Part shown: piece after piece, positions 17,344 to 27,007 of the stretch
How positions within the stretch are numbered: the stretch's first letter is position 1
Layout of the letters: each line of letters begins with the position of its first letter
Origin: Caldilineales bacterium
Lineage (GTDB): Bacteria; Chloroflexota; Anaerolineae; Caldilineales; Caldilineaceae
Assembly (NCBI GenBank): GCA_038247295.1
Contig: JBBRVA010000001.1
Span: 1 to 42,706 of the forward strand
Length of the DNA stretch: 42,706 nt
Direction of reading: 5' to 3'
Made by a program: the position numbers and the translations under genes
The notes under the pieces: model-generated
The model's database searches: none
What the model was told of the DNA's origin: nothing
The model's input: only the letters and a program-made list of their open reading frames with translations

Positions 17344-17532
17344 CCATTCACTCCCTTAACCTATCGCCTACCACCATTGATCCGCATTGGCGGGCTGTAT
17401 TCACCCTGCAAAAGCACACATTCGGAGAAATTCGCTGCCAACTCTATCCCAAGTGTAAACCTAATCACAGACTTAGTCAATCATCTCGTCATGATGGAGT
17501 AGCCGCTCTTTTACGCCTAGCTTGCTGATTTG

Positions 17533-17561
17533 TTGTGGATACACAACGCGTGCTCTATAAT
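17533..17561 (+). promoter_or_regulatory. Candidate topA promoter
   Basis: TTGTGG, a 17-nt spacer, then TATAAT (17556-17561). The -35 lies within the small palindrome TTGTGGATACACAA. It would give a roughly 235-nt structured leader. Confidence 0.3.
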
Positions 17562-17802
17562 AGCGCCGGTTTCATCCTGGAAAACGCTCGCTACAGATTA
17601 GGTGCAATTGCGCATGGCGATTGCCCAGTAAAAACTGAGCGATCTGTGATATTCTAGGCAAATCGCCAAACGAGCAATGAATTTATCGAGAAATGGTATT
17701 CATAGGATAGGCGGGCGGCTAAACAAAGCTGTGAAATCGCCGACCCCAGGTCGGACGTATCCTGTGGATAATGAAGATTAATTTGGACTTATTGAAAATC
17801 TA

Positions 17803-20514
17803 ATGACAAAACTTGTAATTGTTGAATCACCGACCAAAGCCAAAACTATCCGTAATTACTTGCCCAAAGAATATCATGTCGAAGCCAGTATGGGCCATGT
17901 GCGCGACTTGCCCGCTTCGGCCGCCGAAGTGCCGGAAGAGCACAAAGGCCAACCGTGGTCGCGCCTGGGCGTGAATGTGGAACAGGCATTCGATCCGCTC
18001 TATGTCATACCGGCGACGAAGAAGAAAGTTGTTGCCGAACTGCGCAAGGCGCTCAAAAATGCCGATGAATTAATTCTGGCGACCGACGAAGACCGCGAAG
18101 GTGAAAGCATCGGCTGGCATCTCTACGAAGTGCTCAAGCCAAAGGTGCCAGTGCGCCGCATGGTCTTTCACGAAATCACACGTGAAGCGATCCAGAAGGC
18201 GCTCAAAGAGACGCGCGCCATCGATCAAGACCTTGTGCATGCCCAAGAAACGCGCCGTATCCTCGACCGCCTTGTTGGCTATACCGTGTCACCCTTGCTC
18301 TGGAAGAAGATTGCGCGTGGCCTCTCGGCCGGGCGTGTCCAGAGCGTGGCGGTGCGGCTGCTTGTGCTGCGCGAACGCGAACGCCGCGCCTTTCGCTCGG
18401 GCACCTACTGGGACCTAAAGGCGCTGCTCAACAAGCGGCCCGACCAGCCAACTCATCGCTTTGAAGCGAATCTGATTTCGGTGGGCGGCGTGCGCGTGGC
18501 CAGCGGCAAGGACTTCGATGAAAATACCGGCCGGGTGGCAGACGCTAAAAATGTGCTGCTGCTCGATCAGCGGCAGTCCGAAGCGTTGCGCGACCGGCTA
18601 CTCAAAGGGCTCTGGCGGGTGACCGATCTGGAAGAAAAAGAGGCAACACGTTCGCCGTCGGCCCCTTTTACAACCAGTACGCTGCAACAGGAAGCCAACC
18701 GCAAGCTGGGTATGGGCGCCAAAGAGACAATGCGCGTGGCGCAGAAGCTGTATGAAGAAGGCTACATCACCTACATGCGTACCGATTCGGTTAACCTGAG
18801 TGAGCAAGCCGTGCAAGCGGCGCGCCAGCGGGTCACCGAACTGTATGGCGCCCAATATCTGAGTGATAAACCGCGCCACTATGCCACTAAAACTAAGAAC
18901 GCTCAGGAAGCGCATGAAGCGATTCGGCCCGCCGGCGACCAGATGCGCCCGGCCGACGCGCTGCCGATTTCCGGGGACGAACGCCGACTCTACGATCTGA
19001 TCTGGAAACGCACGGTTGCCACACAGATGGCCAATGCCCGGCTCAAATTTACCACCGCTACGATTGGTGTCGAAGATGCACTCTTCCGCGCCAGTGGACG
19101 CACCGTGCTCTTCGCGGGCTTCTTCCGTGCCTATGTCGAAGGGTCGGACGATCCAGAAGCAGCCCTGGAAAGCCAAGACGCACCACTGCCGCCGCTGGTT
19201 GTCGATGAGCAGGTCGATTGTCGCGATCTGGAAGCGGTGGGCCACGAAACCAAGCCGCCGGCGCGTTATACCGAAGCGACATTGGTCAAGGCGCTCGAAG
19301 CTGAGGGCATTGGCCGGCCCAGCACCTACGCGTCGATCATCGACACCATCCAGCAGCGCGGCTATGTCTTTAAACAGCGCAAGGAATTGGTGCCCACTTT
19401 TACCGCCTTCGCTGTCACCGAATTGCTGGAAGATCATTTCAACGATTTGGTTGATTTGAACTTTACGGCCACCATGGAGCAAAAGCTAGACGACATCGCC
19501 AATGGCGAAGCCGACTGGTTGGCTTATCTGCGCCAGTTTTATCAGGGCGAAGGGGGATTGGAAAACCAGGTCAAGGTCAAAGAGGCGGGCATCGACGCAC
19601 GGTTGGCCAGCGGGGTAACGCTGGAAGATCTGTCCGCCGAGGTGCGGATTGGCCAATTTGGTCCTTTCCTGGCCAAAGAGGTAAATGGCGAACGGCTGAC
19701 GGCCGGTTTGCCACCCGATTTGCCGCCGGCTGATCTGTCGGAAGCGATGGTCGAGCAGTTGTTGAGCCAAAAACTCGACGGTCCCCAAAATCTGGGTGCA
19801 GATCCGGTGACTGAACGCCCAGTTTTGCTCAAGGTCGGCCCCTACGGCCCCTATGTCCAGCTGGGCGAAGAGAGTGCGGATAGCAAAGCCAAACCGAAGC
19901 GCGTTAGTCTGCTCAAAGGCATGGAAGCGGGTAGCATCGATCTGAACATGGCGCTCCAACTCTTGAATCTGCCGCGCAGCCTGGGTGAACACCCAGAAAC
20001 CGGCAAAGAGGTCAAGGCTGGCGTAGGACGTTTTGGTCCCTACGTTGTTTATGATGGCGCCTTTGTCAGCTTGAAGGCGAGCGATAGTGTGCTCGATATT
20101 GAGCTAGACCGCGCGCTTGAATTGATTGCGAGCGCCGCTGAGCGCAAAGGTAAACGTGGCGCCAGTGGCAGTACCGGCGGCAAAAATGTGCTCAAGGTGC
20201 TGGGTGATCACCCTGATGGTGGGCCTGTGCAGGTGCTAGATGGCAAATATGGGCCGTATGTGAGCTATCAAAAGATTAACGTGACCCTGCCCAAAGAGAT
20301 GAAGCCAGAAGAGGTGACGTTGCCCCAGGCATTGGCCTGGTTGACAGAAAAGGCTGGCACGAAGCCATCCGGCAAAACCACAGCGCGCAAGAAAGTGAGC
20401 AGCGCAAAATCGCCAACAGTTGCAGCCAAGACTAAGAGCCCAGCCACGAAGAAAGCGCTTCCGTCATCTACCAAAAAAACAGCCGCCAAGACGACCAAGA
20501 AGCAGAAAGCATAA
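17803..20514 (+). CDS. topA: DNA topoisomerase I with a Cys-free GxxGPY-repeat C-terminal domain and a Lys-rich tail
   Basis: [16 protein letters not shown] (Toprim), [15 protein letters not shown] (active-site Tyr). Four Topo_C repeats ([28 protein letters not shown]). No CxxC zinc ribbons. Tail is [29 protein letters not shown]. Confidence 0.95.
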   Translation: MTKLVIVESPTKAKTIRNYLPKEYHVEASMGHVRDLPASAAEVPEEHKGQPWSRLGVNVEQAFDPLYVIPATKKKVVAELRKALKNADELILATDEDREGESIGWHLYEVLKPKVPVRRMVFHEITREAIQKALKETRAIDQDLVHAQETRRILDRLVGYTVSPLLWKKIARGLSAGRVQSVAVRLLVLRERERRAFRSGTYWDLKALLNKRPDQPTHRFEANLISVGGVRVASGKDFDENTGRVADAKNVLLLDQRQSEALRDRLLKGLWRVTDLEEKEATRSPSAPFTTSTLQQEANRKLGMGAKETMRVAQKLYEEGYITYMRTDSVNLSEQAVQAARQRVTELYGAQYLSDKPRHYATKTKNAQEAHEAIRPAGDQMRPADALPISGDERRLYDLIWKRTVATQMANARLKFTTATIGVEDALFRASGRTVLFAGFFRAYVEGSDDPEAALESQDAPLPPLVVDEQVDCRDLEAVGHETKPPARYTEATLVKALEAEGIGRPSTYASIIDTIQQRGYVFKQRKELVPTFTAFAVTELLEDHFNDLVDLNFTATMEQKLDDIANGEADWLAYLRQFYQGEGGLENQVKVKEAGIDARLASGVTLEDLSAEVRIGQFGPFLAKEVNGERLTAGLPPDLPPADLSEAMVEQLLSQKLDGPQNLGADPVTERPVLLKVGPYGPYVQLGEESADSKAKPKRVSLLKGMEAGSIDLNMALQLLNLPRSLGEHPETGKEVKAGVGRFGPYVVYDGAFVSLKASDSVLDIELDRALELIASAAERKGKRGASGSTGGKNVLKVLGDHPDGGPVQVLDGKYGPYVSYQKINVTLPKEMKPEEVTLPQALAWLTEKAGTKPSGKTTARKKVSSAKSPTVAAKTKSPATKKALPSSTKKTAAKTTKKQKA

Positions 20515-20515
20515 G

Positions 20516-20566
20516 CTCATCTGGCAAAGTGCGCAAACCGGTGTTTTGCGCACTTTGCCAGATGAG
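20516..20566. terminator. 22-bp perfect hairpin immediately after the topA stop
   Basis: CTCATCTGGCAAAGTGCGCAAA (20516-20537) pairs with TTTGCGCACTTTGCCAGATGAG (20545-20566). No U tract directly follows on the plus strand, so termination may rely on the next hairpin. Confidence 0.55.
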
Positions 20567-20567
20567 T

Positions 20568-20609
20568 AAAAAACATAAAGAAAGCGCTCTAGTGTTAGAG
20601 CGCTTTCTT
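20568..20609 (-). terminator. Rho-independent terminator of the HNH gene
   Basis: 14-bp perfect stem AAGAAAGCGCTCTA (20578-20591) with TAGAGCGCTTTCTT (20596-20609). It overlaps the HNH stop codon. A UUUUUU run follows on the minus strand. Confidence 0.75.
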
Positions 20610-21144
20610 ATATCTCCAGATAAATTTTCCATGCCTTAGGCACTTCGCCCGACGCCACCAGATAGTCTACGCGCGGTGTCTTGGGTTCCCAGTGCATCGG
20701 CATACCCGCCTCATGGGGTGTGCGATCACCCTTGCGCTGGTTGCAGTGCGGGCAAGCGCAGGCCGTATTGCCCCAGGTGTTGCGCCCACCCCGCGAACGT
20801 GGAATGACATGGTCAATCGTAAAATCACTCTTCATCAGCAACTTGCCGTGCTGTTGTTCACCGGCGCGCGTATTACAATAGACACAGCAGTAGTTGTCGC
20901 GCTGCAAGACACCGCGTCGGCTCCAGCGCACGCCGCGGCGGGGCACCTTCACATAGCGCCGCAAGCGGATTACCGTTGGGATCGAAAGCGAGTTGGTAAT
21001 GCCCGCGATGGTTAATGTCTCGTCCGTCACCGCGTCGACACCGCCGCGTAATAACAGCGAAACGGCTCGGCGCTGCGGGATAACCGCCAGCGGTTCATAC
21101 GTTGCATTCAGCAGTAATACAGCCTCCACGAAAGCCTCCATCAT
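20608..21144 (-). CDS. Stand-alone HNH endonuclease (COG1403-type)
   Basis: AVLLLNATYEPL N-domain. HNH core CVYC...DHVIPRSRGGRNTWGNTACACPHCNQRKG. Start ambiguous between the tandem ATGs at 21144 and 21141. Confidence 0.85.
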   Translation of the reverse strand: MMEAFVEAVLLLNATYEPLAVIPQRRAVSLLLRGGVDAVTDETLTIAGITNSLSIPTVIRLRRYVKVPRRGVRWSRRGVLQRDNYCCVYCNTRAGEQQHGKLLMKSDFTIDHVIPRSRGGRNTWGNTACACPHCNQRKGDRTPHEAGMPMHWEPKTPRVDYLVASGEVPKAWKIYLEI

Positions 21145-21256
21145 GCTCCGGCTATGCTTGCAGGGCAACACTGCACGGTTCTACACAATGTACCCTACAA
21201 AAATCAGGGCTGTGTAGTGCGTGGTCTACCCCACGTAACCTAGCATATCTATGTAT

Positions 21257-21265
21257 ATTATACCA
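21257..21265 (-). promoter_or_regulatory. Extended -10 promoter candidate for the HNH gene
   Basis: Reverse complement of 21257-21265 is TGGTATAAT. A weak TTGTGT -35 lies 16 nt upstream. Confidence 0.4.
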
Positions 21266-21412
21266 GGGGATATGCAATACACAAGACTACGCAAACACGC
21301 ACTACACTAGCTGTTGATAAATTCCTACGTCATTGTCCATCCATTTTGTGCAACGAACACATCGTTTACCCCATAATACACTTTCTATATTAAAGAACGA
21401 TTAATTACTTGT

Positions 21413-22225
21413 TCACAGATTTATAGGAACAAGGTTGAGCAATTGGGTGACAGGGGAATCATCCAAATCTTCGTGCAGACCAAATGTGAGCCAACCGGCG
21501 GGCGTATGCGCGCGGGGCGTTGTCAAGTGCAAGGTGGGATGAAGCTGAAAAGTTAATTCGACACAAGCCATTGGGCACTCGATTGCCGTAACGCAGCTTT
21601 CGCCATCGCCCTGGCGCGCATGCCCATCACCAATCGAGAAGAGCCCACCCGGCACCGCAATTGGTAAATAGAGCGTACTGCCCGCCACCAATTCTTTACA
21701 ATCCAAGTTGCCGCCGGTCACACGCGGCGGCACTGTGGAATGTAACCCAGGTTCGGCGGGGGGCATCCCCATAACCCCCATAAACGGTTGCAATGCCACG
21801 CTTTGTCCGTATTGATTTTGACCGCGTAACCGGGTTATGTCGAGCGTCCACAGTAAATAGGTGCCTTGATCCGCCACACGTAGCCGCATATTCACCTGAT
21901 GCGGCCAGCCCCCAACCGCGGTAAAGCCCCACTGCCCTGGCTTTACTCTGTTTATTTGCACGGCCAGGGTCATTCCAGGCTCTGCTCCGTTAATGGCGAC
22001 GGGACCATACAAGGCATGACCATTTTCTTGGCCAGCGGGGCGAGGGGTAAATTGGGCCGGGGGCTGATCGTAGCGCGTAGACTGGCGTGGGGCAAGGTTC
22101 CAATCTGCATCCAATGTGCGAAAACGAACCGTATCACCCGATTCGATGGTTAGGATGGGGGCAATATCACGCGAGAAGGCGCCATGTAGCGTCCGTTGCT
22201 CTGCTTCAACCGTGTATAATGGCAT
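21413..22225 (-). CDS. Acetamidase/formamidase-family amidohydrolase
   Basis: GDTVRFRTLDA, HALYGPVAINGAEPG, GGNLDCKELVAGSTLYLPI and FSIGDGHARQGDGE are typical FmdA/AmdA motifs. Confidence 0.8.
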   Translation of the reverse strand: MPLYTVEAEQRTLHGAFSRDIAPILTIESGDTVRFRTLDADWNLAPRQSTRYDQPPAQFTPRPAGQENGHALYGPVAINGAEPGMTLAVQINRVKPGQWGFTAVGGWPHQVNMRLRVADQGTYLLWTLDITRLRGQNQYGQSVALQPFMGVMGMPPAEPGLHSTVPPRVTGGNLDCKELVAGSTLYLPIAVPGGLFSIGDGHARQGDGESCVTAIECPMACVELTFQLHPTLHLTTPRAHTPAGWLTFGLHEDLDDSPVTQLLNLVPINL

Positions 22226-22298
22226 AAGATTTCCCCATTAGTAGATTAACTGATGATTAACATATTATTAATTGTCAGCCCAATGTAAGGGTTCAAGC

Positions 22299-22327
22299 TT
22301 GAATTGGATCCGTTTTTACCCTATTAT
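22299..22327 (+). promoter_or_regulatory. Sigma-70-like promoter candidate with no downstream annotated ORF
   Basis: TTGAAT (22299-22304), a 17-nt spacer, then TATTAT (22322-22327). Confidence 0.3.
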
Positions 22328-22334
22328 CCTATTA

Positions 22335-22570
22335 ATCTTCCTTACTAGAGCCCACTTTGCTGCTCCACGTAGATTAAAAAGTGGGTGGTGAGGCTTGTTT
22401 TAGACCGATCTATGCTGGGGTAGCCCCCTGGTCTTCACTTTACAATCTACTTCTCAAAAAACTACGACAGTTTTTAAGATCCACAGCTTATGTCCGACGA
22501 GGGAGTCGGGCTCGGCCTTTGGTCGCAGCCACTCCTTCGTCGGGCGTCATCTGTGGCTTAAAATTTTAAT
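22335..22570 (+). ncRNA. Candidate roughly 235-nt structured RNA or leader ending in a long hairpin
   Basis: No ORF on either strand. 3' hairpin: CCACAG (22481-22486) with CTGTGG (22551-22556), plus a 15-bp stem GTCCGACGAGGGAGT (22492-22506) with ACTCCTTCGTCGGGC (22531-22545). The two non-Watson-Crick positions are G-U only on the plus-strand RNA. Followed by CUUAAAAUUUUAAUU. Not matched by eye to any known RNA family. Confidence 0.25.
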
Positions 22571-22649
22571 TCATTTATTCTCATTGCGACCCAGTCGACG
22601 CAGCTTTGATGCCAACATTGATGGTATTGGGCGTGGGGACAACGAAACC

Positions 22650-22763
22650 ATGTCGAGCACACAACGGATTTACCGAGCGCTTACGTTATTGGCCGTGGGA
22701 GTTTTCACAATTATGGTCGCAGCCAAGATTTTGATGTTATTTGCCAAGTTGGTCGGATTATAG
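22650..22763 (+). CDS. Possible 37-aa hydrophobic peptide
   Basis: MSSTQRIYRALTLLAVGVFTIMVAAKILMLFAKLVGL. It has a single TM helix with flanking basic residues. A weak GGGGA Shine-Dalgarno lies about 10 nt upstream. Below the ORF-track size cutoff. Confidence 0.3.
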   Translation: MSSTQRIYRALTLLAVGVFTIMVAAKILMLFAKLVGL

Positions 22764-22804
22764 TCACAATGCGTTCTTCTTGTCTATCAGATTGTCAGCG
22801 TTTA

Positions 22805-22813
22805 TGCTATAAT
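22805..22813 (+). promoter_or_regulatory. Extended -10 promoter candidate
   Basis: TGCTATAAT is a perfect TGnTATAAT, about 150 nt upstream of the 22962 ORF. Confidence 0.4.
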
Positions 22814-22961
22814 TGCCACCATCAGGGACCGGACGTAGACACTTTGGGAGAAGAGCTGAAAATTACAGACCTTTCTCTGAAGCGGCCGCGATCGGGGAAA
22901 TCGGCCTGATTTTGATTTTCATGATTCTAGTCGCCCGCGTGGCGCAAAGAAGGGCGCTGCT

Positions 22962-23870
22962 TTGTTTCCACAACCGAATGAGCCGTACGAGATCGAGCCG
23001 TTGCCCGCTGCGCGCATGGACCGTTTCTCCCCTTTGGCGCGTCGCCGATATGCCTTACTCCGCGAAACCCAACGTTCTGATCGCCAATTTCCTTATGCGT
23101 TGCTCATCGTCATTCTCTTTCAAACGATGCTGATGGGCTGCGCCATTCTCTTTTTGGCTACGCTCGTCTTCTTCAACGTCGCCGAATTCTTTTTTCGCAG
23201 CCAAGAAGTTGATCGTTTATCGGTGGCTCTGTTGCAAATAACGCCCTCTGTATCGGAAGCCTTGGCGTCGCCAACCGAGGAACTGTCGCCTACAGCTACC
23301 CTGGAAGCAGCATCAATCCCCGTCTCCACATCTGTTTTAATGGATGCAACGCCGACTCTCGATCCTGCAGCCATCGGTTCGCCTCTAGCGCTGTCAACAC
23401 CTTTTGCGCCGCCAACCGCGCTGCCCTTCCCGACCGAGACACCCTTTGTCGCCCCACCGGCGCAACCTGCCATCTCGCCGGATCTGCAAGCGTACGTGGC
23501 TCAGGTTTTCACGCCAGCCGACAATTTAGCAACCGCCGTCAATACGTTGGCCCAACTAGTTCAAAATCCAAATTTGAATGATCAGGCATGGATCGATAGC
23601 GCCAACTTCCAACTTGGTGTGCTGCAGAGCTCGCTCAGCGCGCTCGAATTCGTTCAGCCATTACCTGGGGCTGTTGATATCCATAATGCGCTGATTGGCG
23701 CGTTGGTTGATTGTCGTACCGCGGTAAGCTTCCTGACTGAAGTTATCAATAATCGCGATCCTAATCAGTTGAGTAATGCGACAGTATATGTCCAAAGCTG
23801 CAACACAATGGTTGCTCAACCCGCCCAGCAGATTCGCGCATACTTTGGGACGGCGCCGACAAGCCCGTAA
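22962..23870 (+). CDS. Single-pass membrane protein with an Ala/Pro/Thr-rich linker and a helical C-terminal domain; function unknown
   Basis: TTG start at 22962, with an alternative ATG at 23016 (MDRFSPL). TM segment LLIVILFQTMLMGCAILFLATLVFF. No recognisable family. Confidence 0.6.
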   Translation: MFPQPNEPYEIEPLPAARMDRFSPLARRRYALLRETQRSDRQFPYALLIVILFQTMLMGCAILFLATLVFFNVAEFFFRSQEVDRLSVALLQITPSVSEALASPTEELSPTATLEAASIPVSTSVLMDATPTLDPAAIGSPLALSTPFAPPTALPFPTETPFVAPPAQPAISPDLQAYVAQVFTPADNLATAVNTLAQLVQNPNLNDQAWIDSANFQLGVLQSSLSALEFVQPLPGAVDIHNALIGALVDCRTAVSFLTEVINNRDPNQLSNATVYVQSCNTMVAQPAQQIRAYFGTAPTSP

Positions 23871-23898
23871 TATCCCGCAAAATTGGCCACATCGGTTC

Positions 23899-24375
23899 TC
23901 ACTGAGTCTGGAATAAATCGCAGGTGAGTTGAATGTGCCCGAGGTGGGTTGCACTATGTTCTACCACATGCAGCAAACAATCGCGCCGGGTCAACGTTTC
24001 CGCACCCAGCCCACCCGTCATGCGAAATTCCGCCGGTGGTTCGGCTCGCTCATCTAGCGCGCTAGCCGGCAGCTCGTCCAACACAGTATGCACGTCATCG
24101 ATCCATTGTTGATAACGCACCAGCAATGCTGGGCCTGATCCCTGGGCGCGAAACTCGGCGGCGCGATTACGCGCAATCGTGCGCCCACCTACCAACGCTA
24201 ATACCCAAAATTCACCCATCCCAACCGTGTGCATTGCTAGGGCGTAGATTGTATTCGCATCGGGCACGGGCATGGGCCGGTTTAACACTTCGTCGGTCAA
24301 GTTTTCGATTTTTACAACGATGTCACGCGCGATTCGTTCGATTACGCTCGCGATTTGGGCGGCTTCGCTTTGCAT
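23899..24375 (-). CDS. DinB-family protein
   Basis: His triad spacing (LAMHTVGMGEF, VVEHSATHLGHIQL). A perfect AAGGAGG Shine-Dalgarno lies upstream. Confidence 0.75.
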   Translation of the reverse strand: MQSEAAQIASVIERIARDIVVKIENLTDEVLNRPMPVPDANTIYALAMHTVGMGEFWVLALVGGRTIARNRAAEFRAQGSGPALLVRYQQWIDDVHTVLDELPASALDERAEPPAEFRMTGGLGAETLTRRDCLLHVVEHSATHLGHIQLTCDLFQTQ

Positions 24376-24547
24376 GAATATACCTCCTTACCCTCTGTTT
24401 TATCTCGTTGTAGGCCACCAATTGAAGTTTCATGAATCAATTTAAAATAATTCCAGCTAATTGTATGCTTCTCTACCAGACTTTGAGCAAAATTACACCC
24501 CAATAGATCAATTTTAAGACTTCACGCCGCCATCATTATTCGGCTTT

Positions 24548-24558
24548 TATGATAAAAT
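24548..24558 (+). promoter_or_regulatory. Overlapping -10 candidates very close to the helicase start codon
   Basis: TATGAT (24548-24553) and TGATAAAAT (24550-24558). The ATG at 24569 has no Shine-Dalgarno, so the mRNA may be leaderless or nearly so. Confidence 0.3.
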
Positions 24559-24568
24559 ATCGGTATCT

Positions 24569-26824
24569 ATGATGGCTGTTTCCAGCGGTACAAAACTAAC
24601 CGACCAACAACGGGCAATCGTTGCTCACAATCATGGACCAGCCCTGGTCTTTGCTGTCGCTGGCGCGGGTAAGACCACGGCAATGGTTCATCGCATCGAA
24701 CGCTTGGTGCGTGAGCGCATCTTTGCGCCCGAACAGATTTTGGCAACCTCCTTTAACAAAGCGGCGAATGATGAGATTCAGGCTGCTTTACGCCGTTGGC
24801 CGCCTTGCAGTGGCGTTCAAGTAAAAACCTTGCACGCCCTTGGTTTCCAGATTATCCGTCAGGCCGCCAAAGCGGGGCATCTGCCCTACATCCAAGTTAA
24901 CAAAATCAAAAACCATGTCGAAGGGCTAGACCGCCAACTGCTTTATAGCACCTTGGCTCGGGCGCGCCAATTGCATGTGCGCTATGTCGGCGAATTGAAT
25001 AACTTGGATCATGATGATTTTCTCACCTATGTGGGTGCATGTAAAGGCAATCTGCATTATGCGAATCTGGCCCAAGCCGGCTTGTCGGTTTCGGCGCGTA
25101 AAGTGGCAAAGCAGGCCGTTGCCCCCAAAGGACTTTCCTGGTATCTCGATCTTTACCGTATCTTTGAAGAAGTGCGCCGCGAACAGGGCGTGATCAGCTT
25201 CGACGATATGTTGATGACCGGCTGGGAAGTAATGGTCCAACAGGAAACGCTCTTAACCACGCTTCGTCGCCAATATCAGTCTGTGCTCGTCGACGAGTTT
25301 CAGGATATTAACCTGGCGCAGGCAGAAATTTTGGACCTGCTTACTGCACCGCACCATAATTACATGGCAATCGGTGATGATGATCAAACCATCTATGAAT
25401 GGCGCGGTGCGAACCCGGGCTTCATCCTTAATTTTGAAAAACGGTATAAGGCGAAAGTCTATTTTATGACAGATAACTTTCGCTGCAAGGCCGCCCATAT
25501 TGCGCGGGCCAATGGCGTGATCCAGCATAACCGGACCCGACAGCCCAAGCAGATGCGTTTGACGCAGGGTTTTGATGGGGGCGCATCCCTGCACATGGCC
25601 GCCGACGCCGAGCAGATGGCGCAACAACTTCTCGCTGACCTGGGCAACGCCTTGCACACCGGCTATACACCTGGTGATGCGGCGATCCTAGTGCGTATTT
25701 ATGCCCAAACGCCACCCATTGAGCAAGGGTTGATCGCCGCGCAGATTCCCTACACGATCGTGGGCAGCGAACCATTTTATCAACGCCCAGAAGTGCTCAC
25801 TCTGCTCGATTATTGCCACTTGGGCCAGACGGAAGCGACCTTGCAAACTGGCGGCGCGCTTGATGCTGACGCCCTGCACAACTTCGGGCGTGCTTGGGCC
25901 AGCGTCTACAACCGGCCGACACGTTACCTTTCCCGCGCCATGGCCGACAAGGTGGCCGAATTCGTCACTTTCGACCACATGCCGATTAGCCGCGCGTTAC
26001 TGCGCGTCAGCACCACGGCAGCCGAACGCATGGCGGAACCGCTCGCTAAATTTGCGGCCGATTTGCAGTGGCTGGCCGCCGCCCTGCGTTCGCAGCGGGC
26101 GACAGAACGCGCCGCCGGGGAATTATTGCGCCAATTAGAGGAACGACTTCAGTACAAGAATTATCTGAAAGCCAGCAGCGGTTTCCCAGAAACGGGAGCG
26201 GCCAAAGCCGCCAATGTGGCAGCCTTCATTGCTTATGCACGCAACAAGGGCAATGTTGAGCAACTCTTCCATCATTTGGCAGAACTGGCCGCCATTCGCC
26301 AGACGATCAGTAGCCCCGAACAGCCAATGGTAACGATCACAACCATGTTCCGCGCCAAAGGGTTGGAATGGCCGCTGGTTTTTGTACCGCACTGTAATCA
26401 AGGCACGATGCCCTATGAACGCGCTGAACGGTTGGAAGAAGAGCGCCGCCTCCTGTATGTGGCAATTACACGCGCCCAACAATTTCTCTATCTCTATGCC
26501 TTGAAGACCCAGCCCCTTTCCCAATTTCTAAGTGAAGCCCAGTGTGGACAGACGTTGGCTGCCGTACAGGCCATCACGCGGGCGCTACAAAGTGATCCAA
26601 CCACCTGGCGCAAAGAAGAAATGCTTGGCCTGGCGGTGGATGCGCGCCGATTGGGTTTGGAGAGCTATTTTAGCGAATGGTGGGATGTCGCACCTGCCAA
26701 AAAAGCACAAATTGCAACCACAGTGCTCCGCATTCTAGATAACATTGAACGCCGTGGCTGGCAAAAATCGCTTGGCATAAGTAAAGATGCAGCGAGTGGC
26801 TGGCAAACATTATTGCAACGCTAG
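24569..26824 (+). CDS. UvrD/Rep/PcrA-family (SF1A) DNA helicase
   Basis: Walker A AVAGAGKTT, LVDEFQDIN, FRC..., and C-terminal TTMFRAKGLEWPLVFVP plus RRLLYVAITRAQ. Confidence 0.9.
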   Translation: MMAVSSGTKLTDQQRAIVAHNHGPALVFAVAGAGKTTAMVHRIERLVRERIFAPEQILATSFNKAANDEIQAALRRWPPCSGVQVKTLHALGFQIIRQAAKAGHLPYIQVNKIKNHVEGLDRQLLYSTLARARQLHVRYVGELNNLDHDDFLTYVGACKGNLHYANLAQAGLSVSARKVAKQAVAPKGLSWYLDLYRIFEEVRREQGVISFDDMLMTGWEVMVQQETLLTTLRRQYQSVLVDEFQDINLAQAEILDLLTAPHHNYMAIGDDDQTIYEWRGANPGFILNFEKRYKAKVYFMTDNFRCKAAHIARANGVIQHNRTRQPKQMRLTQGFDGGASLHMAADAEQMAQQLLADLGNALHTGYTPGDAAILVRIYAQTPPIEQGLIAAQIPYTIVGSEPFYQRPEVLTLLDYCHLGQTEATLQTGGALDADALHNFGRAWASVYNRPTRYLSRAMADKVAEFVTFDHMPISRALLRVSTTAAERMAEPLAKFAADLQWLAAALRSQRATERAAGELLRQLEERLQYKNYLKASSGFPETGAAKAANVAAFIAYARNKGNVEQLFHHLAELAAIRQTISSPEQPMVTITTMFRAKGLEWPLVFVPHCNQGTMPYERAERLEEERRLLYVAITRAQQFLYLYALKTQPLSQFLSEAQCGQTLAAVQAITRALQSDPTTWRKEEMLGLAVDARRLGLESYFSEWWDVAPAKKAQIATTVLRILDNIERRGWQKSLGISKDAASGWQTLLQR

Positions 26825-27007
26825 CCCATAAGCTTGCTATCCACTCAATATTCCACTAATACCGGATCACTTCTCCGAATCACCGTTACTTTTTTGGCCC
26901 TTTTTCGTCTTCTTACTATAAGAAACGTTTTCTCTTCGGATATACAAGGGGAGAGAACAATCCTTCGGTTATATTTTGTAGCGTTTTCGATTTTCAGGAG
27001 AGGAAAT

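Noticed and set aside
18598-19482. 294-aa minus-strand ORF, and 19486..19992
   Set aside because: Both lie antisense within topA and are typical long shadow ORFs in a GC-biased gene.
20608-21144. HNH endonuclease as part of a restriction-modification or IscB-like RNA-guided system
   Set aside because: There is no adjacent methyltransferase, RuvC domain or structured guide-like RNA. Size and motifs fit the widespread stand-alone COG1403 HNH protein. The gene has its own promoter and terminator.
21346-21360. CGAACACATCGTTT as a Cheo-type LexA box
   Set aside because: The spacing is off by one and the right half-site is not GTTC. It lies about 60 nt upstream of the nearest plausible -35, so it is not positioned as an operator.
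22492-22556. RNase P RNA-like strings (GAGGGAGUCGGGCUC resembling the GAGGAAAGUCCGGGCUC core, and GGCUUA at the 3' side)
   Set aside because: The two pieces are only about 40 nt apart and simply form one hairpin. A real RNase P RNA needs about 350 to 400 nt with P4 and the other conserved regions. The resemblance is coincidental.
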